Shown: positions 44,454 through 59,745 of the stretch, piece after piece
Position numbering within the stretch: the stretch's first letter is position 1
Layout of the letters: each line of letters opens with the position of its first letter
DNA from: Paraspadella gotoi
Lineage: Eukaryota > Animalia > Chaetognatha
DNA length: 64,000 bases
Direction of reading: 5' to 3'
NCBI GenBank assembly: GCA_051294375.1
Contig: CM119266.1
Coordinates: 26,897,932-26,961,931 of the forward strand
Translations under genes and position numbers: made by a program
The notes under the pieces: model-generated
Databases searched by the model: none
What the model was told of the DNA's origin: nothing
Seen by the model: the letters and a program-made list of their open reading frames with translations, nothing else

Positions 44454-47400
44454 ATGTCTGACTGGGATGAAGAAGAAGAAGCCACCCCGGCTCCAGCCTC
44501 GTCTTCCGGAGGCGGATTTGGCGGATTTGGAGCTCGCAGTTTTGGATCTGGTGGAGGTTTTGGCGGCGGCGGTGGTGGTTTTGGTGGTGCTCCGAAAACT
44601 TGCTTCAAGTGCAAGGAAGAAGGTCATTTGAGCAGGGACTGTCCAAATGGTGGTGGAAGTGGAGGAGGCAACAATGCTTGTTTTAAATGCGGGCAAGAGG
44701 GACACCGGAAAAGCGAATGCCCTTCCGGCGGGGTGGGGGCAGCAACGCCTGCTTCAACTGCGGGCAAGAGGGACACAGGAAAAGCGAATGCCCACTGGCG
44801 GGGGGGGCAACAATGCCTGCTTCAACTGCGGGCAAGAGGGACACAGGAAAAGCGATTGTCCCTCTGGCGGTGGGGGCTCGAGGAAATGTTTCAAATGCCA
44901 GGAAGAAGGGCACATGAGCCGCGACTGTCCTAACTCTGGAGGCGGGGGTGGAGGAGGAGGTTTCGGCGGGTTTGGAGGTTTTGGAAAAAAGTCAGCCGAC
45001 GCGGAAAACTCCTCCGATTTCGCGGGATTCGGCGCGCTGACCACTAAATCCTCCGACTCTGAGAAACCATCCGGATTCGGGGGTTTTGGTGGTTTCGGTG
45101 GTTTGGGAAAATCGAACGACGGCGATAGTGGCGGCGACGGAGGTCGCGGGGGCAGCGGAGGAAGCGGCTGCCGCCGCTGCGGTGAAGAAGGACACTATGC
45201 CCGCGAGTGCCCCCAAGGGGGCGGCGATGACAACAAATGCCGTTATTGCAAAGAAGAGGGCCACATGGTCAAGGATTGCCCTACGCGTCCACCGCGGGAC
45301 GACGACAACAAATGTCGCTATTGTAAGGAAGAGGGACACATGGTCAAGGACTGTCCGACCAAGCCGCCCGACGACGGAAAGTGTCGTCGTTGCGGCGAGG
45401 AGGGACATAAGGGTTTCGAGTGTACCAACATCGAAGAAGGAAAACCGGGTGAGACGAGGAGAGAGAGGGAAGGGGGAGATGGTTGCTGTTGATTATATCT
45501 CGATCTCCAGGAGTCTTATTAAAAAAGGATTATAAAAATGAAAATTTAAATTTGTTCTCATAGTAAATTAATAATTTTTGTTATTATTTCAGGCATCGAC
45601 GGTAAGCCGGCCCCAGTGACATACATCCCAGAATCAGAAGAGGCCGACGAAGAGGCTCTGTTCAAACGCGGCTGCAACACCGGAATCAACTTCGACCGCT
45701 ACGATTCCATCAAAGTCGAAGTCTCTGGTTCGAAATGTTTTCCCCCTCTTTTTTTTATCTTCCCTCTCTTTTAATTTCCTGCTCTCAAATAAATGCTCCC
45801 CTCCCCCCCTGAAATCAACCTCTTAGGCCCCGATTCTACTAAACACGCGAAGATCACCTCCTTTGACGAGGCCGAGCTCTACGATCAGACCCGCGCCAAT
45901 GTCAAGCGCTCGGGCTACTCTCGGCCAACGCCCATTCAACGCTACGCCATTCCAATCATTAACGCAGGCCGCGATGTTATGGCGTGCGCCCAGACGGGGA
46001 GTGGGAAGACTGCAGCCTTCCTTCTGCCCATCATCACGGGGATTCTAAAAGACAACTTGCTGACAAGCTCATACCTCGACATTCAAGAACCCGCGGCACT
46101 GATTATCTCTCCGACCAGAGAGTTGGCGAGGCAGACGTATTTGGAGGCCAGTATTGTTTGTGAATTTCAGAGCCTTAATTCTGCAATTTCATTTTACTGA
46201 TGATTGTCTTCTTCCCACCTCTTGGAAAATGCTACTCGAACAATTAAGAAATGTTGGAAAGTCGCTTTTTTAAATAAAGGCTCTTACATTATAAACAAAC
46301 TTTTTCTCTTAACGCAGGCGGTGAAATTCACTCGCGGGACAATGGTCAAGCCGGTGGTCGTCTACGGCGGCGTCAGCGTTAATTATCAGCTGAGCAACGT
46401 TGGCAAGGGCGCAGACATCGTGGTCGCCGTCCCCGGACGCCTCCTGGACTTTGTAGAGAGGGGCAAGATTGGATTGAAAAAGATTAAGTATTTCGTCCTC
46501 GACGAGGCAGATCGCATGCTCGATCTCGGGTTCGAACCCTGCATCCGCAAGCTCGTTGGGGAGTTGGGGATGACTCCGAAGGTGAGACGATTTTAGTCAC
46601 CGGATGTGTACTATATATTCTTACATTGTTTTATATTTCTCCCTCTCTCTCTCCCTCCAGGAGGAGCGCCAAACGATGATGTTCTCGGCAACCTTTCCAG
46701 AATCTATACAAAGGATGGCGATTGACTTCATGAAGCCCTATTTGTTCATCACCGTCGGCATCGTCAGCGCCGCCAACGCCGACGTTAAACAGATCATCGA
46801 GCAGGTCGAAATTTTATCTTTGAAGCAAGACCATTGATCTTTTTTTTTTTTATCATTCGTGTTCCCCATTGTATCTCTTTGTTCCACCGTTATCTCTTAT
46901 CTTTTCCCCAGGTGACCCAGCAGCAAAAGCGTGATTCCCTTATCGCCGTCCTCGACGAGCACACCGGCGACAAGGCGCTCGTCTTCGTGGAGCAGAAGCG
47001 CAATGCCGACTTTCTCGCCTCCTACCTCTCGCAGACGGGCTACCCGACCACCTCTATTCATGGCGACCGGATGCAGCGCCAGCGCGAGGAGGCCCTCCGC
47101 GACTTCAACTCCAAGAAGAATCCCATTTTGATCGCCACTAACGTCGCCGCTCGAGGACTCGACATTCCTGACGTTAAGGTGCGGTGTTGGTGGTTGGGCA
47201 TGGCGGGATGGAATGCTCTGATGAGGGAGAGAAAAGTTGTCGCCGTAAAATTCAGTAAAGTGCGAAGACAACCGTCATATACAAGAAGTATAAACTAACT
47301 AACAAAAATTAACAAAAACTTCAAACAACCATGACAAGATGCGATAAAGAATTGTTCTTTTTCCATGTTCAAGGTCGTTATTAATTACGATCTGCCCCGC

Positions 47401-48025
47401 GATATCGACGAATATGTTCACCGCATCGGACGAACGGGCCGCTGCGGAAATGAAGGGAAAGCAGTGTCCTTCTTCGATCCCGACTCGTCGGAAGACATGG
47501 GTCTCGCTCGAGACCTCGTCCGCCAACTGAAAAACGTGCAGCAGGTAAGAGCGATTGGACAATTGACATTTTACGTGTACATTGCTGCCACATGGTTCTA
47601 CTTTTTACTGTGTAAAATGTGTACTAGACATTATACTAATTTATAGTTAGACTATACAACGTGTAAAGGGAAGAACACATAATTTTTTCTTTTCGATCCT
47701 TAAATTGAATTATTATTTTTTATCTAGGAAGTTCCGGAGTGGCTTAGTACCGTTTCCGACGGGTTCGTTGGGGGCGGCGCCGGTCGTAGCGGAAATAGGG
47801 ACATGCGCGGCCGAAAAGAAGTCGTCAGGGTAAGCTTAATATTTTTATTTTTTTTTACTATGAATCGAATTCTTAATTTTTGGAACGTCTTTTGTTTGAC
47901 AGGAGGATGCCTTCGGCGACGACTGGGGCGACGATAACAAAGGAGCCAACCTGGCGGCGACTAGAGGAAACGACTTCGGCGGCAAAGGCTTCGGCGCCGA
48001 AGAAGAGGACGACGAATGGGATTGA
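44454..48025 (+). CDS. vasa: Vasa DEAD-box RNA helicase with 9 CCHC zinc knuckles and FG repeats; two apparent 1-nt homopolymer frameshifts in exon 1
   Basis: MSDWD start, [48 protein letters not shown], and an acidic EEEDDEWD* end. Confidence 0.96.
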
Positions 48026-48589
48026 AGAAGGCTTTCGAGATCTCCGGAGGCGGCGATCCTGTTTTTGGGAGAGGCTCATTTAGGATTAGAGGAATTCCCT
48101 TCTCTGTAGTGAAAAAAATTGACTTTCTCCGTCCATTTTTTTGTCATACACTCGTCGTAGCAGCTTCGTCTTTGTTAGCTTGGAAAGTTGGTTGCTTCGG
48201 AGATCGTGATTCATTCCTTATTTTTGTTATTTGTGGCCGTAATATCTTGTCAAAAAACAGTGACATCGAGTGATTGAGTGATTTGGGAAGTTACGATTAC
48301 AGGGTGTTTCGGGTTAGAAACGTCAAATTCTAAGATGTCACATATTTTGGCATGGTGTTAAAGTTGGCTGTTTTTTGTTTAATTTCGTTAGTGATAATGT
48401 TTTAGTTTTCTTAATAAAAGTCCGTTTTATTCGTTTCAATTTTATTCCACTGTGATTTCGACCCCTGAACGCAGATACAGAACTACAGAAGTAAGAAAAG
48501 TTAGTGAGTTTAGATAAGATGGTATCACATTGGTTGTTCGATCAGCAGTCATATGGTTAGGGAGGGTTTAGGGTTAGGGTAATTAGGTA

Positions 48590-48930
48590 ATAATTTTTAA
48601 AAAAATGAATGAATGGATGGGGCGATTGACCTGAAATTTTGTTTGTGGGTAGGAAAGTGTGTGATTAAGCTGGATGGAATCGTTTGAGTGGAAATGTGTT
48701 TAACTGAAAAAAAAACGTTTCACTAATTGATTATGCTTATTTTTTATATTAAATGTAAATGCAAGATGTATTAATTAATCAAATAATTAGTCAATTAATT
48801 CGTCTATAATTAATTAATCATTCAATCAATCAAAACAAATATTACGGATCAAATTAATTATTTGCCTAATTAATTAATTTGAATTAATTAATTATCGTGG
48901 GCAGATCCGACATTGTTTGCTCAAACTTTT
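48590..48930 (+). mobile_element. Partial copy (3' part) of the Helentron-type element at 49992-51692
   Basis: Shares the GATTGACCTGAAATTTTG..GTGGGTAGGAAAGTGTGTGAT block and the 3' end GCAGATCCGAC ATT GTTTG-CT-CAAAC TT. Confidence 0.65.
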
Positions 48931-49991
48931 TTTTACATTACCGTCGTCGTCTCCCGTAATGAACGGTATCTCAGCCGCCGGAGGCCCATATTTACTTCGT
49001 AGACTGAGCCATTCCGACTGGCCTTCTTAAATATAATAATTTCCTTCTCTCTATGACGCAATGCAAGCTAAAAGCTGAAAGAGAGTTCCACCGAGGCGAA
49101 AAAAAATATTATTGATTTCAGCCCATATGAATATTTTTTTTTATTCCCTGAGAAGTTATCCTAAAAAATCTATGCAAAATTGTTACAGGCTATCGAGATA
49201 CAGTAAAATACAGTGAATAATTTAAAAATCTATTACCCATAAATATTATTGGAACTAAACTTTGCCATTGCGTAAAAAGTCATTTCGATCAATTTTTGTC
49301 AATTTCTGAATTTCTGGCTGGGATTCTGTTTTCACATCTATCTTTTTTTCACTTTGACAAGGTACTTTTTTTTCAAATTCATTTTTTTTTGTAAAAAAAA
49401 ATAAGTCTTTCTTAATAACCTTTTGAATCATAATAACCACATATAGTTATAAGCGTTTTAAACCTGAAAGAAAAATTATATATTATGTATATTTTTTTAA
49501 AGGATTATTTCTTTTTACTGCAATATGCAAATGAGATTATTGCATTTTTAGCTTTTTATAATGGAGCATTTGGAAAACTTATTAGAAATCTAACGCATGA
49601 TCTTTAATGGAATAAAAAATATAATTGAAAACTTTAAGAGTAACAAATAGATGAATTTAAACTTATGAATATAAAAAAAAGAAAAGGAGAGAGAGAAAGA
49701 GATTGAATGATAGAAAGAATCTTTGGCAGAAATACAAGTAATGAACATAATTAAATCTAATAAAAAAGATGGAAAATCAAAGCCAAAAAATGAATAATCT
49801 CATAATCCAATTAGGAAAAATCCTGTACTAATTTAAAAGCTTTCAGCATAACCAATCAATCAATCAATCAATCAATTAAAAATTAATCAATCAATCTCTT
49901 TCTCTCTCTCTTTTTGTTTGTGTCTTTTTATTATCTCTCTCTCTCTCACTTTCTTGTAGGTACACATTTATAATATTTATCTTATTAACAA

Positions 49992-51692
49992 TTATTAGTC
50001 GGATCTGCTTTCAGCAGATCCCGACTCTATAATTCACTTTGTCAGTCCGTTGGTCCGTCCCCTCAATATTGTCGGGCACTCATTTATATCATGTCAGAAC
50101 ATTGAATTATGATAAATTATGCAAAAAAAAGATGTTTTTCCGTCCGTCCATCCATCCGTCCGTCCGTCCGTCCATCCATCCATCCATCTATAATTCACTT
50201 TGTCAGTCCGTTGGTCCGTCCCCTCCAATATGTCGGGCACTCATTTATATCATGTCAGAACATTGAATTATGATAAATTATGCAAAAAAAAGATGTTTTT
50301 CCGTCCGTCCTGTCCGTCCGTCCGTCCGTCCGTCCGACCGTCCCACCTTAGCAAAAAACACCAATTACTCGTGATTGGATGATGGATTGAATGAAATTTT
50401 GTGTGTGGGTAGGAAAGTGTGTGATTGAGCTGTATATTAAGTTTTGATGGAATCGTTCGAGTGGAAATGAGTTTAAATGGAAAAAATAAAAAAAATTTCA
50501 CTATTTGAACACCAATTACTCATGAGTGGATGGGGCGATTGACTTGAAATTTTGTATTTGGGTAGAAAAGTGTGTGATTAAACTGGAAATCCAGTTTCGA
50601 TGTAATCGTTTGAGTGGAAATGAGTTAAAATGAAAAAAAGTCATATTTACATGAAGTATTTTTACTTAAATTTACTCCTAATTATTATGTTTATTAAAAA
50701 TTGGATAGATAAATTGAAATGGAATTTTGTGTGTGGGTAGGAAAGTATGTGATAAAGCTGGATATAAATTTTTAGATGGAATTGTAGGAGTGGAAAAGAG
50801 TTCAAATTAGAAAACCAAAAGACACATTTATTTGATTTTTTTAAAGTTTCTCTCAATCTCTCTCTGATTGATTGATTGATTGATAGATTAAATGACCAAA
50901 TTATGCTAATTAACACAAATATGCCAGATGACCAAATTCTGCAAGTTGACCAAATTATGCCAGTTGACTAAATTCTGCAAGCTGACTAAATTCTGCAAGT
51001 TGACCAAATTATGCCAGTTGATAAAATTATGCCAGTTGACCAAATTATGCCAGTGAATAAAATTATGCCAGTTGACCAAATTATGCTGGTTGACCAAATC
51101 ATGTTAATTGACCATATTATGTCAGTTGACCAAATAATGTCAGTTGAACAAATTATGTCAGTTAACCAAATTATGTCAGTTAACCAAATTATGTCAGTTA
51201 ACCAAATTATGTCAGTTGAACAAATTATGTCAGTTGAACAAATTATGTCAGTTGAACAAATTATGTCAGTTAATCAAATTATGTCAGTTAAACAAATTAA
51301 GTCAGTTGACCAAATAATGTCAGTTGAACAAATTATGTCAGTTAATCAAATTATGTCAGTTAACCAAATTATGTCAGTTGACCAAATTATGTCAGTTAAC
51401 CAAATTAAGTCAGTAGACCAAATTATGTCAGTTGACCAAATTATTTCAGTTGAACAAATTATGTCAGTTGAACAAATTATGTCAGTTAAACAAATTAAGT
51501 CAGTTGACTAAATTATGTCAGATATTCCAAATTATGTCAGTTGACCAAATTATGTCAGTTGACCAAATTTTGTCAGTTGACCAAATTATGCCAGCTGACA
51601 AAATTATGTCAGTTGACCAAATTATGCCAGTTGACCAAATTATGCCACTTAATTATCGTAGGCAGATGCGACGTTGTTTGCTCAAACTTGTT
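49992..51692 (+). mobile_element. Non-autonomous Helentron (HINE/DINE-1-like) element with internal tandem arrays
   Basis: 5' subTIR GTCGGATCTGC with a nearby inverted copy, (GTCC)n microsatellite, ~160-bp and ~140-bp internal duplications, 3' subTIR GCAGATGCGAC plus short hairpin, TT flanks. Confidence 0.72.
50917..51647 (+). repeat. 18-bp minisatellite (CAAATTATGTCAGTTGAC)n, about 40 units
   Basis: Visible tandem array that generates the spurious QIMSV ORFs. Confidence 0.95.
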
Positions 51693-51744
51693 TAATGAAA
51701 AGACATCAGTTAAAAGAAATTCAGTCTTGTATAAGAAAAAGATT

Positions 51745-52425
51745 TAAAAATTGGTTTGACCAATGATCATGATAATTATATTTTTGCATAAAAAATGAAA
51801 ATTAAAAAAATGAAAAACATCAGATTTGGCCCAAAATAATTATCTCCAATCTGATGTTTTTAGAAATACAAAATGTTTGCTCGTTTTCTTTATTCTTAAT
51901 TATGAAAAAAAAATTCTGCTTTTTTTCAACTAAAAAATTCAATTATTTTAATAAATAAAAATGCCCTGTCTTCAAAGTTGTACATATTTTTATTCCAAAT
52001 TAATCATGGATTATCATAAAAATATAGATTTATGGCTACTACCCTCCAAATCCATAGGTCTTCTTGTAGAAAAGACATGAGGGCAAAAAAAGTCAGGCTT
52101 ATATGAAAAAATGATAAAAAAAATTGATTTGACCAAGGCTCATTCATAATTATGTTTTTGCATAAAAAATGAAAATATCAAAAAATAAAAAACATCAGAT
52201 TTTGCGCAAATTGATTACCTCCAATCTGATGTTTTTAGAAATGCAAAATGTTTACGCGTTTTCTTTAATTATAATTATGAACGCAAAAAATAATATTTTC
52301 GAAAAACTGGAAAATTCAATTTTTTTATTAAAGAAAAATGTCCTATCATCAAAGTTGTGCATATTTTTTATTCAAATTTATCATGAATGATCACAACAAC
52401 ATAGATTTACTACTACTACCCTCCG
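51745..52425 (+). repeat. Diverged tandem duplication, period ~370 bp
   Basis: TTTGACCAA...AAAAACATCAGATTT...CTCCAATCTGATGTTTTTAGAAAT...CTACTACCCTCC occurs twice. Confidence 0.75.
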
Positions 52426-52975
52426 TTTTCGTTTTTTTTCTCATAACAAAGACATCAGTGCAAAAAAGTAAAATATTTGATAAAAAGTAGAAACCTGTTT
52501 GTCATTCCAAATTTCTGATATATTAATTGATTATGAACAAGCCCTGATTCAAAATTGTCGCAAAAAATATGTAGAGGTAAGGGCTTGGTCTGCTCTAACA
52601 GAATATGTATTAAAAATGCGTTTTTTAAACCATTTTGTGACAGTACCATAATTTCGAAAACATACAGTAAAAAAATTTGTCACACTTTTTTTCATATTTT
52701 TTTCTATTTTGTAAACGATTGGACCTTGTTAATTTCTCACAGGGAAATGACGGTCCTTCACATTGTAACTGAACTTCTGAGTACCAAATGGCTGAATAAT
52801 TGATAATATTGGGTAAAGGAGTTGTCTCTGAGATCAATAAATTGGTGCAAATGTAGGCTGAAACTCCCTTTTAGCTTTTATCTTGCATTGCGACCTATCT
52901 ATGTTACTACTGTTTTTATTTTGTTTTGTTTTTGATTTATGATTATCCGATTCCTCTATCATTATTGTATTCGTC

Positions 52976-53047
52976 GGCGCAGTGGCCAAGTGGTAAGGCG
53001 TCGGTCTTGTAAACCGAAGATCGCGGGTTCGAACCCCGTCTGTGCCT
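52976..53047 (+). tRNA. tRNA-Thr(UGU)
   Basis: Cloverleaf GGCGCAG...CTGTGCC T; anticodon arm TCGGT-CTTGTAA-ACCGA; GGTTCGAACCC; T5 terminator. Confidence 0.95.
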
Positions 53048-53437
53048 ATTTTTCGGAGAAATTAACTTAATTATAATTTTTTATCTTATGTTTTCTAATT
53101 TTTATTTTCTATCTTGAATTATAAAAATTGATAAATATTTTTTTAAAAAATTAAGTGAGCGGTTTTTTTGAAAAGTTACATATATTTACATAAATTTAAG
53201 CAAACGATCAATTTTTACAATATCATTATTCATTATATCTACAAAATTTTCTGTTAGAGATCCCTTTTCATCAGAGAGAAATATTTAAACATACATGTCA
53301 AATACATCTACACAGTCGATTGTAATTACAATTTATTACATTTCGTCGTTTCAGTTCGTAAACGCGTCACCGAGACAACGAGAGAAGTCAAATGACCGAG
53401 TGGGAATTTACCGTTTACCACACCACACCGACTCTAC

Positions 53438-56986
<3,549 letters not shown>

Positions 56987-59745
56987 CGTTCTCGTTTTTG
57001 TTTTTTATTTTGTTTGTTTAATGTTTATAAAGAGTTTTCTACTTATTTTTCCCCCCCTCTCTTTTCGGTAAAAAATATTACTTTTTCGTCATCCGCTCAA
57101 TCGTTTGATATGAATTGCGAAATTCTGGAAAAATAACCTATAATTTGAAATTCAATTAAGAATGCTTAGCTTTGCTTACCACACGTTATAGATGCGCATT
57201 TGTTACTTGAGCCGTTCAGTTAATGATTTTAACGCAGGTGAGGAACAACGGAATTACAAATCGCATCAATTCACACTTCGTTACTTTTTGTACAAAAATC
57301 TAAATACCGTATGGAGAAAGTCAGTTGCATAAAATACATTTCCGACCTCAATTGTTATATATCTATAATTGGTTATTAAAGCCAAAAAAGGGCGCGTTTG
57401 TTTATGTTTTGTTATTGTTTTACTTTTCCGTTTTCTTCTTCAAAACAGGTATGGAAGGAGGAACGACTTGTTAATCCAGGGGTCGAAAATTGGGAAAGAA
57501 TGGTTGTCAGCAACTCATAATATTAAGGTTAACTTTACATCAAGTAATGAATTGCAACATAATCACAATTTTTCCCACCACAAATAATATTATTTTCAAA
57601 ATTATACTAACTTGGAGCTTCGCATTTTTAAAACTTTATATATTATAAACCCCTGCTTTTTTTCGTAACCGGTTTCGTCAGGTAAGGATTTTCAGACGAG
57701 GAAAAGCCCAGTTTATTAAAAGGGAACCGGGAAGAGGAAGAGTGTTTCAAAAAAGTAAGTTCGGTAAGGAAGAGCAGAAGCAGGATGAGTCAATTGAGAT
57801 GACGAATAATGAACGATATTTAAGTCAAGTTTTTGACCAATCGGGCTGCTCCGTCGTCGAGGTGGGCTTTCGTTCGAAAGCGAATCGAAGCGGGGTAAGT
57901 GCGATTGAAAACAAAAGAGTTACCATCGCGTAGTAAGGTTGAATGAAATATATTAATTATTATATTACGTTGTAAAATTAAGATATGAGAAAATGTGAAT
58001 GATGCCATTTGAGGAATGAGGAGCTACCACCGACCAGTGAGCATCAATCAATAGTTTGGAACTTTTGTTTTTATTGATATTCTCTAGCGAAAATCAGCGA
58101 CCTTACAGTAAACGACAGTACACTACTCTTCACTACTCTAACAGAGGCTACCAAGTAGCGCCCCACATTGCTGAAAACTGATATCCATATTCTTTCTTTC
58201 GATCATGTTCCATCAGATCATATTTATCAAGAAATATTTATGAGTTAACTTCAAATTCAATTTCTACCTTGTCCCGCTTATCTTCTGAAATAAATCGATT
58301 TTTTTTTTACAAAATGAGTTTGAAATTGTATTACGCGGTTTTACATCATAATGCACAACGATAACAACGGTTTCGAATGGGTCATTCAAGGGGCGCGGGT
58401 GGGCAATGATTCCTGCGACGATAAATTCGTTTCCTAAAACAGCTCAACACTGTTGAGTCAACAGTGATGCAATAACTCGAGAAAATCAATTTATGATTGC
58501 GTATGAAAAATGTGCTTTGACGTTAATTAAAAGACGAAGAATGACGACGATGAAAAAGCACCGAACTGTCAAAAAAAACAAACTTCGAAACAACGGTTTT
58601 TGTTTATATGACACCCAAAATATCGTACAAACTGTACGACACTTATAAAACGGTGGGAAAATACAGTAGCGAGAAAAAAGTCATTTTGTTGTATTGTCGT
58701 ATTTTAATCATTTTTAACTACCGAAACAAATTGGTGGTTTTCACCAAGGCAAAACAGTTTTTTTCTCGCTTTTCTAAAATAATAATTTTCGACATCAAAA
58801 TTATTTGTAACGAACTGGTTACATATATCTTGATCCAGCGCAAATTATATCTTATTTTTCAGAACCATTTCGAGGATTAGTGTATGTTTACAACTTTAAT
58901 GTAGCAAAAAAATACGCCTTCAAAAAAAGACTTTTTTAATTTTTCATGATTCGTTCAAAATAAATAATCTCTTCAGAGAAAGATGTGTAATTTTATCGGA
59001 CAACTCATTTTTTATGATTACTTTTTTACAGTAAGAACATTTTTCCCCCAAAAGATAACCCTCACGTAGAAACTAGGATCAGTTATTTACTTCCAAAAGC
59101 GCACCAATAACGGATTTTACAAGTACAACTTATTTAAAAAAAATAATTTTACACGCACGCCTTTCAATTTATATAAGCGCGTTTAAACTAAGTCATCTCG
59201 CCTAAACCAAAAAAAAACAAAAAAAAACTTTTACATTAGTATTACGTATACAAAATTATAACACAATGTAACAGAAAACATTTATTTACGAAATAAACTT
59301 TTTCATATATATTGTTTGGACGGGTGAAAGACGGGCCTTCAGACTAGAAAAATTAAAGGGAACGGCGCGAAAGCCAGCGGATGAGAAAACGAATAAAAAT
59401 GGTATCTCGTTTATGAAAAAATTCCCGTTAACAACAGCACCACCGTTTTTGTTTTCATTGAAAAAGTACATCGTTATTCATAAGGCCTTAGTCGCTGCAC
59501 AAACGACAACAAATATCACAAAATTCGACACAAATATTCGAGAGAGAGAGAGAGAGAAAGAGAGAGAAAAGAAATTAGATTTTCACGGCGGACAAATTTT
59601 TTTCCAAGGCTTTGTTTTATTTTATTATCATGCACGACACCACAAGGGAAAAAGAGATGATGGGAGGGGAGATAAAGCAATTGTTGTTTTGTTTTGTCAT
59701 TCGTTCAGTGTTTTTTTGTTTGTTTTTTTTGTTTTTTTTTTTATC

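Noticed and set aside
50906-51747. Repetitive ORFs (QIMSVD)n / CRISPR-like array
   Set aside because: Pure 18-bp minisatellite without spacers, inside a transposon in a eukaryotic genome.
57655-57685. Minus-strand CTGACGA...GAAA hammerhead-like core
   Set aside because: Stem II lacks the closing G-C pair, and there is no stem III/NUH site.
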